Source: Candidatus Omnitrophota bacterium (GTDB taxonomy: Bacteria; Omnitrophota; Gorgyraeia; Gygaellales; Profunditerraquicolaceae). Taken from it: a stretch of DNA of 64,000 nucleotides. Of the stretch, positions 1-8,418 are shown one piece after another. The DNA is taken from assembly GCA_028712175.1 (NCBI GenBank), contig JAQTQQ010000001.1:18677-82676 (forward strand), in the 5' to 3' direction. The position numbers were made by a program, and so were the translations under genes. Below the pieces are notes generated by a model that searched no databases, was not told where the DNA came from, and saw nothing but the letters and a program-made list of their open reading frames with translations. How positions within the stretch are numbered: position 1 is the stretch's first letter; each line of letters starts with the position of its first letter.

Positions 1-812
1 TTCCTTAACCAGTTCGACTGCGGAATTAAGATCAAGTATGTTATTAAAAGAAAGTTCCTTGCCTTGCAGCTGTTTTAGATTAATAAGCCCTGCGGTTTTA
101 TTTTTTTCTTTATAGAAAGCTGCCTTCTGATGAGGGTTTTCGCCGTAGCGCAGCTCTTGAATTTTCTCAAAACTTAAAACCAGATCTTTAGGAAACCCTG
201 CGGGCTCTAAGCTGTTTGCTGTTTGCTGTTTGCTCAAATATTCAAATATCGCTGCATCATATTGGCTGGTGTGGCCATAAACCTCAACCCCCAATCGCCG
301 CATCAGGCCTTCGCCTAAAAAACCGTTATTCTTTTTTAATTCCGAAATTACTTCGGCATACCGGGCGGGATTACAAATTACCGCTACGGATTGATAGTTT
401 TTCGCGGCGCTGCGCAGAATAGAAGGCCCGCCGATATCTATATTCTCGATAATTTCTTTGAGGCTAGCTCCGGGCCTAGCAGCTGTTTCAGCAAATGGAT
501 ATAAATTAACTACAACCATATCAATGAGCCCGATACCATGTTCATTTAATCTCTGCATGTGCGCGGTATTTTTCCGTAGTGCAAGCAGGCCGGCGTGGAT
601 CTTAGGATGCAGTGTTTTTACTCTTCCGTCGAGTATTTCGGGAAAACCTGTGTAGCTTGATACCTCGGTTACCTCAATATTGTTCTGGCGTAATAGTTTT
701 GCCGTACCGCCGGTAGAAATAATCTCTACGCCAAAATTTTTTAATTCTTGGGCTAAAGATAAAATTCCGGTTTTATCTGATAGACTAATAAGTGCCCGCC
801 TGATCTTAACCA
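1..812 (-). CDS. purH: PurH (AICAR transformylase/IMP cyclohydrolase), N-terminal part. The gene starts at 812 and runs off the window start.
   Basis: My own reverse-complement translation from 812 gives MVKIRRALISLSDKTGI...GGTAKLL...HPKIHAGLLA...ENIDIGGPSILRSAAKN, which is the MGS-like/IMP cyclohydrolase domain signature. It is absent from the ORF track because there is no stop codon inside the window. Confidence 0.8.
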
Positions 813-1514
813 TTATTTATTAAAGCGGAAGTTAACCAAATCCGCATCCTGCATTATGTAATCCTTTTGCTCAAGGCGCATCTTTCCTTGCTGCTTAGCT
901 TGCGTTTCCCCTCCGCAGGAAATAAAATTAGCGAAGCTTATAATTTCTGCACGGATAAAACCTTGCTGTATATCGGAATGGATTACCCCCGCACCTTCCC
1001 ATGCAGTTGTGCCTTGCTTGATTAACCAAGCGCGGTTCTCTTTATCTCCGACTGTCAGAAAAGTTATAAACCCGCTCTCTGATAAAACCCTGGCCAATAA
1101 AACCCCCATGTTCTCTAATTCTTCTTTGGTGATTACAACTACCGGCTTAAGAGTCAGCAGGCCGTAGCCGGAGATAACTTCCTTATCCTGCTCGGTCAAA
1201 ACTACTGAAGATATAAAATCTTCTTTTTCCAAGGATAGCTTCATTTTTTCTAGGATAATTTTTTCTTTATCGGGCGGTGATTTACTCAACCGTGTTTCTA
1301 CAAAATCCAAATCCCGGAGGATCAAATCTGTCTTAGAATCTTTGGGGATAATTATAACATCCGCTTCAACTGCGGCATTCTCACCTGCCAGTTCCACATG
1401 GGGATAGGTTTTTTTCTTGGATTTAACCAGCTTATCAGCTTGGTCAAGCTTATCATTTTTAACATTATGTTTTCCCAAAACAGCTTCAGGTATAGCAAAT
1501 GCGCTTATTTTCAT
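813..1514 (-). CDS. YchF-like protein lacking the N-terminal P-loop GTPase region. It retains the helical insertion and the C-terminal TGS/DUF933 domain.
   Basis: The C-terminus (GFITFLTVGDKENRAWLIKQGTTAWEGAGVIHSDIQQGFIRAEIISF...KDYIMQDADLVNFRF) closely matches the YchF TGS domain. DLDFVETRL matches the YchF helical domain. No G1 P-loop is present, and only 73 nt lie upstream before the next gene. Confidence 0.6.
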   Translation of the reverse strand: MKISAFAIPEAVLGKHNVKNDKLDQADKLVKSKKKTYPHVELAGENAAVEADVIIIPKDSKTDLILRDLDFVETRLSKSPPDKEKIILEKMKLSLEKEDFISSVVLTEQDKEVISGYGLLTLKPVVVITKEELENMGVLLARVLSESGFITFLTVGDKENRAWLIKQGTTAWEGAGVIHSDIQQGFIRAEIISFANFISCGGETQAKQQGKMRLEQKDYIMQDADLVNFRFNK

Positions 1515-1587
1515 AGGTAGTCTCTTAGAGGGCCTTTAGAATAGAGGCTTTATGCTTTCAAGCCTCTACAAAACAAATAATGAAAGA

Positions 1588-2775
1588 TTACTCCAGGTAG
1601 GTGTAAATCTTGCCCTTATAATTACGTAAAACATATTTACCCTTGGCCTGGGAAAGGATATAATTTGGCCCCACGGGGATTTTTCCGCCGCCGCCAGGCC
1701 CATCGATCACGTATGTCGGCACAGCATACCCCGAGGTATGCCCGCGCAGTTTTTCGATAATATTTATCCCGACTGCAACAGGTGTGCGAAAATGCTGCGT
1801 GCCCCTGACCGGATCGCATTGATAAATATAATATGGCCTTACCCTTATTTGCAGAAGGTCATGCACAAGGCGCCGCATAATAAACGGACGGTCATTGATG
1901 CCTTTAAGAAGCACCGACTGGCTGCCCAAAGGTATGCCTGACTCAGACAGCATATCGCAGGAATTTTTACAGCGCTTGGTAATTTCCTTGGGATGATTAA
2001 AATGAATACTCATCCAGATAGGAGAATATTTTTTCAACATGTTTACTAATTTTTCGGTAATACGCTGCGGCAAGGTTACCGGAATACGCGTACCTATTCT
2101 TAACAGTTCAACATGCGATATATCGCGGATCTTGGCAATTAAAGATTCCAGAGCTTCATCTTCCAGTGTAAGCGGGTCGCCTCCTGAAATCAACACATCC
2201 CTTATCTTTCGGTTGGATTTAATATACTCTATCGCCGCGTCAAATTTAGTTTCGGGGTTTGAATCTTTTTCCTCATGCTCACCCACTAAGCGCCTGCGCG
2301 TACAATGCCGGCAATACATAGCACAGTGATCCGTAGCTAACAGTAAAACCCTATCCGGATAACGGTGCACTAAATGCGGAGCCGGAGAATCGCGGTCTTC
2401 AGCGCAAGGGTCAGCCATCTCATGAGGAGAGATGGAAAACTCATAGTTAACCGGGACGGACTGCCTTCTTATCGGGCAATCGGGGTCATCAGCATCAATA
2501 AGGCTCGCCCAATAGGGAGTAATTGCCATCGCCAACCTGCCTTTTGCCTTATCTATCCCTTTCTCCTCTTCGGAAGTAAGCTTAATAATTTGGGCTAATT
2601 CTTCTTTAGTTCTAATCCTGTGCTTAAGCTGCCAATGCCAATCTTCCCAATCCAGCGGATTAACGTCTTTATAGAGAGGGATCTGCTGGTAGTCGCGTGA
2701 ACGCTTTGGCGGTTTCGGAATAGCCGGCGTTTCGATCTGCGCTTTTTGATTTTCTAAGCCTACAGGATTATTCAA
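1588..2775 (-). CDS. KamA-family radical SAM aminomutase (lysine or glutamate 2,3-aminomutase-like)
   Basis: 395 aa with a CAMYCRHC (CxxxCxxC) radical-SAM motif and a KamA-type N-terminus (WEDWHWQLKHRIRT). It also carries GGDPL and a C-terminal region typical of 2,3-aminomutases. Confidence 0.85.
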   Translation of the reverse strand: MNNPVGLENQKAQIETPAIPKPPKRSRDYQQIPLYKDVNPLDWEDWHWQLKHRIRTKEELAQIIKLTSEEEKGIDKAKGRLAMAITPYWASLIDADDPDCPIRRQSVPVNYEFSISPHEMADPCAEDRDSPAPHLVHRYPDRVLLLATDHCAMYCRHCTRRRLVGEHEEKDSNPETKFDAAIEYIKSNRKIRDVLISGGDPLTLEDEALESLIAKIRDISHVELLRIGTRIPVTLPQRITEKLVNMLKKYSPIWMSIHFNHPKEITKRCKNSCDMLSESGIPLGSQSVLLKGINDRPFIMRRLVHDLLQIRVRPYYIYQCDPVRGTQHFRTPVAVGINIIEKLRGHTSGYAVPTYVIDGPGGGGKIPVGPNYILSQAKGKYVLRNYKGKIYTYLE

Positions 2776-3773
2776 TTTAAGCCTTTCCTTTCTGAGGCAC
2801 TCATCAATATTGCCTCGATAAGATCTTCATATTTCATTCCGGCGGCATATGCCATTATGGGAAAATTAGATTCTTTAGGATCCAGCCCCGGTAAAGGGTT
2901 AATCTCCAAAACATACGGTATATTAAATTTATCCAAACGGATATCGGTGCGCGAAATATCAAGGCAGCCCACGGCACGGTGTGTACGCAAAGCCGCCTCT
3001 TTTACTATTGCCTCTGTTTTTTCATCGAGCCGGGCCGGGCAATAAAACTCCGGGACTAATCCTAATTCACTGTCCCCCTGAAACTCCTTCATTTTCCAGG
3101 AATAAAAATATTCTCCGCTTTTTTTGCAGCTAGAAAAATCTATTTCTAAAATCGGCAGTACCCTGGTTTTACCGTTTTCTAAAATTCCTACCGTCAGCTC
3201 CTTGCCTTCGATAAATTCCTCAACCAAAGCCTCCTGCCGGTAAACATCTATGCATTCTTTGACCTTTTGGAAAAGATCCTCTTTATTACTAACGACGTTT
3301 GCCTTATTGATGCCTTTTGCAGACCCCTCACAATTAGGCTTGACAATTAGAGGAAACTTTAGCTCTGCTGATAAAACTTCGTCCCCTCTTGTAAAAAGCT
3401 GGAAATTGGGGGTAGGAATATTTTCTGCTTTTAGTATTTTCTTGGTGAGCGCCTTGTTTAATGCCAGGGCAAGTGAAAAAGTATTTGAACCGGTATAAGG
3501 AATATTTAAATAATCCAGCACCGCGGGTACCTCGGATTCGCGGAAACGGCCGTGTTTTCCTTCGGCGATATTAAATACCATATCTACTGTATTTTTTCTA
3601 AAATACGAAAATAGGGCCGGATACTCCACGTCTATCGTATCCACGGAATGCCCCTTAGTTTTAAGCGCAGAGACTACGGAATTAATCGTTTCCTCCGAAT
3701 CACATTCAGAGAAATAATCCGCCGGTTTAAGCGGATCCTTCTTCTTTAAATTGTAAGTTAAGGCGACCTTCAC
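2772..3773 (-). CDS. D-alanine--D-alanine ligase family ATP-grasp enzyme (paralog 1)
   Basis: 333 aa with an ATP-grasp fold (PLIVKP, EEFIEGKELTVGIL, VLEINPLPGL, which is the E-x-N-x-PG motif of the Ddl family). It overlaps the KamA gene by 4 bp. Confidence 0.75.
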   Translation of the reverse strand: MKVALTYNLKKKDPLKPADYFSECDSEETINSVVSALKTKGHSVDTIDVEYPALFSYFRKNTVDMVFNIAEGKHGRFRESEVPAVLDYLNIPYTGSNTFSLALALNKALTKKILKAENIPTPNFQLFTRGDEVLSAELKFPLIVKPNCEGSAKGINKANVVSNKEDLFQKVKECIDVYRQEALVEEFIEGKELTVGILENGKTRVLPILEIDFSSCKKSGEYFYSWKMKEFQGDSELGLVPEFYCPARLDEKTEAIVKEAALRTHRAVGCLDISRTDIRLDKFNIPYVLEINPLPGLDPKESNFPIMAYAAGMKYEDLIEAILMSASERKGLN

Positions 3774-3790
3774 CCCGCACCTTCCTGTTC

Positions 3791-4780
3791 TTAACCCAGC
3801 CCGTTTCTTATGATGGCGCTGTTTAGGATCTTGCCCACAATTTGTTCGTAAGTGATGCCGATATTCTTGGCTACGAGCATAAAAACATCTTCGGTAGACA
3901 AAGACGGCAGCGGGTTAATTTCTAAAACATAAGGATTGCCGTCGTTATCAACACGGAAATCCACCCTGCCAAAATCACGGCACTCGACACTGCGATAAAC
4001 TTTTAAAGCCAGCTCATCCAGCTTTTTTTTCAGCTCTTGCGATATTTTAGCCGGGCAGATATATTCAAGCCTGTCGGAAGTGATCCTGGCAAAGGTATAA
4101 AATTTATCATTTAATTTCAGTTTTCCGTCTATCTTTATCTGGACGACCGGCATAATTTCTGGATTCTCATTTCCTACAATAGCTACCGTGAATTCCTGTC
4201 CGGAGATAAATTCTTCAACCAGGGCCGGCTGCTTATAGGCCGTGGTAATAAACTCAACTTGTTTTTTAAGCTCTTCGGTATTTTCCACGCGCGAGCTTTC
4301 TGTCAGGCCTTTAGACGAACCCTCAAACCGCGGCTTAACAATTAATGGGAATTTACAATGGTCTTGGTTAATCAGGGATTCAGCTGACGGAACTTCAAAA
4401 AACTTAGGGGTAGGAATTTTCTCGGCAATGAAAATCTTCTTAGCCATGACTTTATCCAGGGTCAACCCTAAGGTCAAAGCATCCGCGCCTACAAAAGGGA
4501 CCCCTGCCATCTCGAGTAAAATAGGGACCTGTGATTCGCGGTTCCTGCCGGCCAAACCCTCGGAGATATTAAAAACAATGTCTACGCCCAAGTTATCTAT
4601 CTTATCCAGCAAATTTAAGGCATTACCGATTTTTTTTACTTTAAAACCATTTGCAGCAATGGCATCGGCAATAACATTAATTGTTGAAGGGGCGTCAAAT
4701 TCCGCATTAGCATCAAGGGGATCTCCTTCTTTAAACTTATAATCTGTTTTTAAATCGTATGTTAAACCGACGGTTTTCAT
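3791..4780 (-). CDS. D-alanine--D-alanine ligase family ATP-grasp enzyme (paralog 2)
   Basis: 329 aa with the same architecture as its neighbour (PLIVKP, EEFISGQEFTVAIV, VLEINPLPSL). The two proteins share roughly 35-40% identity. Confidence 0.75.
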   Translation of the reverse strand: MKTVGLTYDLKTDYKFKEGDPLDANAEFDAPSTINVIADAIAANGFKVKKIGNALNLLDKIDNLGVDIVFNISEGLAGRNRESQVPILLEMAGVPFVGADALTLGLTLDKVMAKKIFIAEKIPTPKFFEVPSAESLINQDHCKFPLIVKPRFEGSSKGLTESSRVENTEELKKQVEFITTAYKQPALVEEFISGQEFTVAIVGNENPEIMPVVQIKIDGKLKLNDKFYTFARITSDRLEYICPAKISQELKKKLDELALKVYRSVECRDFGRVDFRVDNDGNPYVLEINPLPSLSTEDVFMLVAKNIGITYEQIVGKILNSAIIRNGLG

Positions 4781-4967
4781 CTTTTTGGCTTAAAAAATCC
4801 CCTCTATTTAAAAAAATAAGGGCCCGGTTTATTGCTTTTGCCTTGAGCCCTTAAGAATCTATCCAATTTTTTCCAACTCCGTTTATTAACCTCCAAAAGT
4901 TTGTGCAAAATCTTGTATTTATGCTCTTTTTTTACCACAATATATTGGCATTGTCAAGTATTTTTTC

Positions 4968-5624
4968 TTAAAAATAACGTTCTTGATTCCTACTTTTCCC
5001 GTCGGAAAAAGTAATTCCTGCGCTTTCCAAGTTATGCATTAATTGTGCAAAATCAACGAAGACACAACCCCTTATGCCAAGAGAACCGGCGGACTCTACT
5101 AATTCTTTCCGGTCATCGGTATAAAATACCTCTTTGGGGCTAACTTTGAGCTCCTGAATTACCTTTTTATAGATTTCTATATCAGGCTTAATCATCCCAA
5201 GCTCAAAAGAGAGAAAAATTTTGTCAAAAACCCCAAACACAGGAAAACTTTTTTTTAAATATTCATAATGCAGCGCGTTTATGTTAGATAAAAGGGCTGT
5301 TTTATAACAGGGGCGCAAATCATTGACCAACCTGTAAACGGAACGGTTTTTTGGGCTTAAGAAAAATATATCATTCCATATCGGGGCAAATGAATTAAAG
5401 CTTAGCTGCAGATCCAGCATGTTCTTTACTTCAAGATAAAAATCTTCCGGAGAAATCTTACCGGCCTCAAAGGCAACTGTCGCAGGGGATTCAAAAAAAA
5501 GGTTATATATCTGGCGCGGTGTTTTCGAACAAAAAGCAGATATTCTTTCTGCCGCCCTTTGGTGGTCAAAATCTACCAACACACGGCCTAAATCAAATAG
5601 GATAACTTTTATCCCATTCGGCAT
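4968..5624 (-). CDS. HAD-superfamily hydrolase (subfamily IA-like)
   Basis: The N-terminal VILFDLGRVLVDFD matches HAD motif I (DxG/DxD), and the size of about 218 aa fits. Confidence 0.65.
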   Translation of the reverse strand: MPNGIKVILFDLGRVLVDFDHQRAAERISAFCSKTPRQIYNLFFESPATVAFEAGKISPEDFYLEVKNMLDLQLSFNSFAPIWNDIFFLSPKNRSVYRLVNDLRPCYKTALLSNINALHYEYLKKSFPVFGVFDKIFLSFELGMIKPDIEIYKKVIQELKVSPKEVFYTDDRKELVESAGSLGIRGCVFVDFAQLMHNLESAGITFSDGKSRNQERYF

Positions 5625-5626
5625 GA

Positions 5627-6640
5627 TTAATTTCCCTTATCCTTATTTTTCCTGAAAAGGTCCAGGAACCTGTCTTCATATTCTTTATAAACATTCCACT
5701 TGTCCAGTTCTGCCTTTAATCCGTTTGCCTTGGTAATGTTAATGCGGCTCTCCTCAAAAAGCTTTTCAATTTTTTCTTTTATGGAGACGGGTAATTTTGT
5801 AAGCTGGCTCAAGGTTTTCTTAATTAACTCCACCTCTTCCTCCCCAATGGGCGCAGACTGGCCCCCGCTGCCAAGCTTCAAATATTCCAATAATTTATTG
5901 ATCTCATTTTCCATCGACTGCGCCTGTTCCATTAATGGCTGTAAATTTATTTGTATATTCAATATTTGGCCCAAGGCCTGTAGCACGGCCGCGGATGCTT
6001 TAGGATTCTCGATCTGAATGGTATAAAGGGGGATGTCTCCAAGCAGACAAAAGCCTTTTAACCCGGCAAGCTTGGCCAGCCCTAAAAACAAACCGTTCAT
6101 TCCGCTGATTTGCCCTTCTTGTAAAACATTAAAGTTAAATTTCTTTAAGCCTTCTTTTATTTTTTGATCAGTCGCGGCCAGCCAAACTGCAGGTTTTTGG
6201 GTATGATCGGTTGCTTGCGGCATAGAGGCGAAACTCACCACTAACTCTGCCCCCAGATCCTTGGCTAACCCGATAATGATTTTGGCATAGCTGTCCGCTT
6301 TGGCTAAATCCGGCTGGGCATTGCTTAAGAAAATTATCAGGTCGTGCACAGCCGGCTTAGCACCAAGGCTGTTTGCGCTTACTGCGCGTTTTGACGCCGG
6401 GTTCTTCCAGTAATAAAATTTTCCCTGCGGAAGCAACGGCACCTCTAGTATGCCAGATGAGATAACGCTCCCGGTTGAATAGAAAAATTCACCAGGTGCA
6501 ATCTCTGCAAATTCCTGAGCCTTTAATTCGTTAATTAAATAATTCGCCGCATTAGCTGCCACATCCCCCATCCCCGGCCAGGCGACTATAAGGTAAGGCG
6601 ACCTCAAGCGCGGTTTCTTAGAGATTATCAATGGTCCCAT
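5627..6640 (-). CDS. PAC2-family protein (proteasome-assembly-chaperone-2-like, COG1938)
   Basis: LIVAWPGMGDVAANAANYL is an N-terminal PAC2-like signature. The coiled-coil C-terminal tail also fits the family. Confidence 0.55.
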   Translation of the reverse strand: MGPLIISKKPRLRSPYLIVAWPGMGDVAANAANYLINELKAQEFAEIAPGEFFYSTGSVISSGILEVPLLPQGKFYYWKNPASKRAVSANSLGAKPAVHDLIIFLSNAQPDLAKADSYAKIIIGLAKDLGAELVVSFASMPQATDHTQKPAVWLAATDQKIKEGLKKFNFNVLQEGQISGMNGLFLGLAKLAGLKGFCLLGDIPLYTIQIENPKASAAVLQALGQILNIQINLQPLMEQAQSMENEINKLLEYLKLGSGGQSAPIGEEEVELIKKTLSQLTKLPVSIKEKIEKLFEESRINITKANGLKAELDKWNVYKEYEDRFLDLFRKNKDKGN

Positions 6641-6659
6641 TTCTTCTCCCTTTATTATG

Positions 6660-7790
6660 CTAATTAATAAATTGATATGTTTTTAAAAATTCTTCTAAAA
6701 CTCTTGCGCCGTTATATAAATTTTCTAAAGATGCATATTCGTCAGCGATATGCGCACAGCCTTCCGTGCCGAATCCTGTAGCAATTGCAGGTATCCCCAT
6801 GCTTTTAAAAAAAGTTATTACCGTTGCGCCTTCCGAACCGCTGATACGCGGCTTAATCTCCAGACTTCTAAAAGCGGAAACCAAGCTGTTTACTAAAGGG
6901 TGCCGCGGATCAATATAATATGGCTCCTGGAGACCCTGGATTTCAATTTTAAAATTATCGGTATATTTAGCAATTACCTTTCTTAGAAAATTTAGGAGTT
7001 CTTTTGCATTTTGACCGGGGAGGAACCTAAAATCTAGTTCGAATTCACACCAGTCGCTGACTACATTAACTTTGTCCCCTCCTTTAATCGTACCGATATT
7101 TATCGTAGGATTTTTAAGGTATTTATTTTTAGGATGCCTTTGATGTTGTTTTTTAAGTTCAACAATCACCTTAGCCGCCAGATCAATTGCATTGACCCCT
7201 AACCAAGGATAAGCGCCGTGTGCTTTTTTTCCGGCAATTTTGACCTTAAGATGCATCAGCCCTTTTTGGGTAATTACAATCTCAAATTCGTCGGCATCCA
7301 GAACAACCGCGGCATCCGCTTTTAAAATTTTCCGCCTTAAGAGGGGGATTAAACCTAACCCTGAACCGCTTTCTTCATCAGCAGTAGCCGCAAGAACCAG
7401 GTTATAATCAAGATTAACACCGTCTTCAACTATGGAATTAACCGCTTCTAATGCACAGGCCAGATTTCCCTTACAATCGGTTGCCCCCAAGCCATAAATC
7501 CGGTTGCCGATAATTTTGGCGCAAAAAGGATCAGTCTTCCAATTGACTCCTGCCGGCACAGTATCTAGGTGCGGCGTAATCAAAAGCGATTTATTCGGCC
7601 TGCGGCTTTTAAGAATTGCAATAACGTTTTCTCTTTTACTGCTAAAGGCATATGTTTTAACTTTAACACCCAGGCCCTTTAAATATGAACTCACAAAAAG
7701 AGCAATCCTGCTTTCATTGCTTCCGGGATTCTGAGAATCAATGGAAATCAATCTTTTAATAGTTTCTATCAAACGTTTCTTATTGACCAT
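6660..7790 (-). CDS. M20-family metallo-amidohydrolase (ArgE/DapE-like)
   Basis: 376 aa with HLDTVP, GATDCKG and a dimerisation lid in the centre, which is typical of acetylornithine deacetylase/succinyl-DAP desuccinylase. Confidence 0.75.
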   Translation of the reverse strand: MVNKKRLIETIKRLISIDSQNPGSNESRIALFVSSYLKGLGVKVKTYAFSSKRENVIAILKSRRPNKSLLITPHLDTVPAGVNWKTDPFCAKIIGNRIYGLGATDCKGNLACALEAVNSIVEDGVNLDYNLVLAATADEESGSGLGLIPLLRRKILKADAAVVLDADEFEIVITQKGLMHLKVKIAGKKAHGAYPWLGVNAIDLAAKVIVELKKQHQRHPKNKYLKNPTINIGTIKGGDKVNVVSDWCEFELDFRFLPGQNAKELLNFLRKVIAKYTDNFKIEIQGLQEPYYIDPRHPLVNSLVSAFRSLEIKPRISGSEGATVITFFKSMGIPAIATGFGTEGCAHIADEYASLENLYNGARVLEEFLKTYQFIN

Positions 7791-8418
7791 TTAAAGGACA
7801 GGCCTCGCATTTAGGGCTACGCTTATGGCAATACTCCTTGCCCAGCTTTACCAAAAGGGCGTGGTATTCATTAAATAACCCTGCATTATTTTTAAGGTTT
7901 TTCATAAAAACCTCCTGCACGCTGAAATAATCTGCTCCTGCCTTAATTAACTTATGGCGCAAAAGTATTCTTTTTGTGTATGCATCTACAACAAATATGG
8001 GTTTATTTAAAGCATATAGTAAAATGGAATCCGCGGTTTCTTGGCCGATGCCGTTTACCCCCAGCAATTGCCGGCGCAAAGTTCCCAAATCAACGGAGGA
8101 AATCTTTTCAAGGCTCAAAGAATAATTATCAAAGAAGAATTTAAGAAAATTCTTAAGCCGCGCGGCCTTAATATTATAATAACCGGCAGGCCTAATCAAA
8201 CCGGATAGCTTCTTGGAAGGCAATTTATAAATCTTTTCAGCATCTAGCAGTTTTTTCTTTTTTAAAGATGCTATTGCTTTTTCTACATTAGACCAGCTGG
8301 TGTTTTGAGTAAGGATTGCCCCGACCATTACCTCAAAAGCGCTCTGCGCAGGCCACCAATACTGCCGGCCGAAGGCAGAATAAAGGCGACGAAAAATACG
8401 GCTTAGCTTGCGTTTCAT
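7780..8418 (-). CDS. Endonuclease III-like HhH-GPD base-excision glycosylase domain protein
   Basis: GAILTQNTSWSNVEKAI, LGVNGIGQETADSILLYAL (HhH-GPD) and a C-terminal CHKRSPKCEACP fragment of a 4Fe-4S loop that appears to lack the fourth Cys. Confidence 0.65.
   Translation of the reverse strand: MKRKLSRIFRRLYSAFGRQYWWPAQSAFEVMVGAILTQNTSWSNVEKAIASLKKKKLLDAEKIYKLPSKKLSGLIRPAGYYNIKAARLKNFLKFFFDNYSLSLEKISSVDLGTLRRQLLGVNGIGQETADSILLYALNKPIFVVDAYTKRILLRHKLIKAGADYFSVQEVFMKNLKNNAGLFNEYHALLVKLGKEYCHKRSPKCEACPLNGQ

Noticed and set aside
4242-4742. 166-aa plus-strand ORF inside the second Ddl-like gene. The same applies to other long antisense ORFs, for example 18748-19344, 56143-56667, 60288-60743, 9526-9891 and 41205-41541.
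   Set aside because: Each lies entirely antisense to a confidently identified, motif-bearing gene and has low-complexity, Ser/Leu/Ile-rich composition typical of shadow ORFs.
4781-4967. Sigma70-like promoter (minus-strand TTGACA, 17 nt spacer, TAAAAA at about 4949-4920) upstream of the aminomutase/ATP-grasp operon
   Set aside because: The -10 element is weak and the call is unsupported, so I did not report it as a feature.
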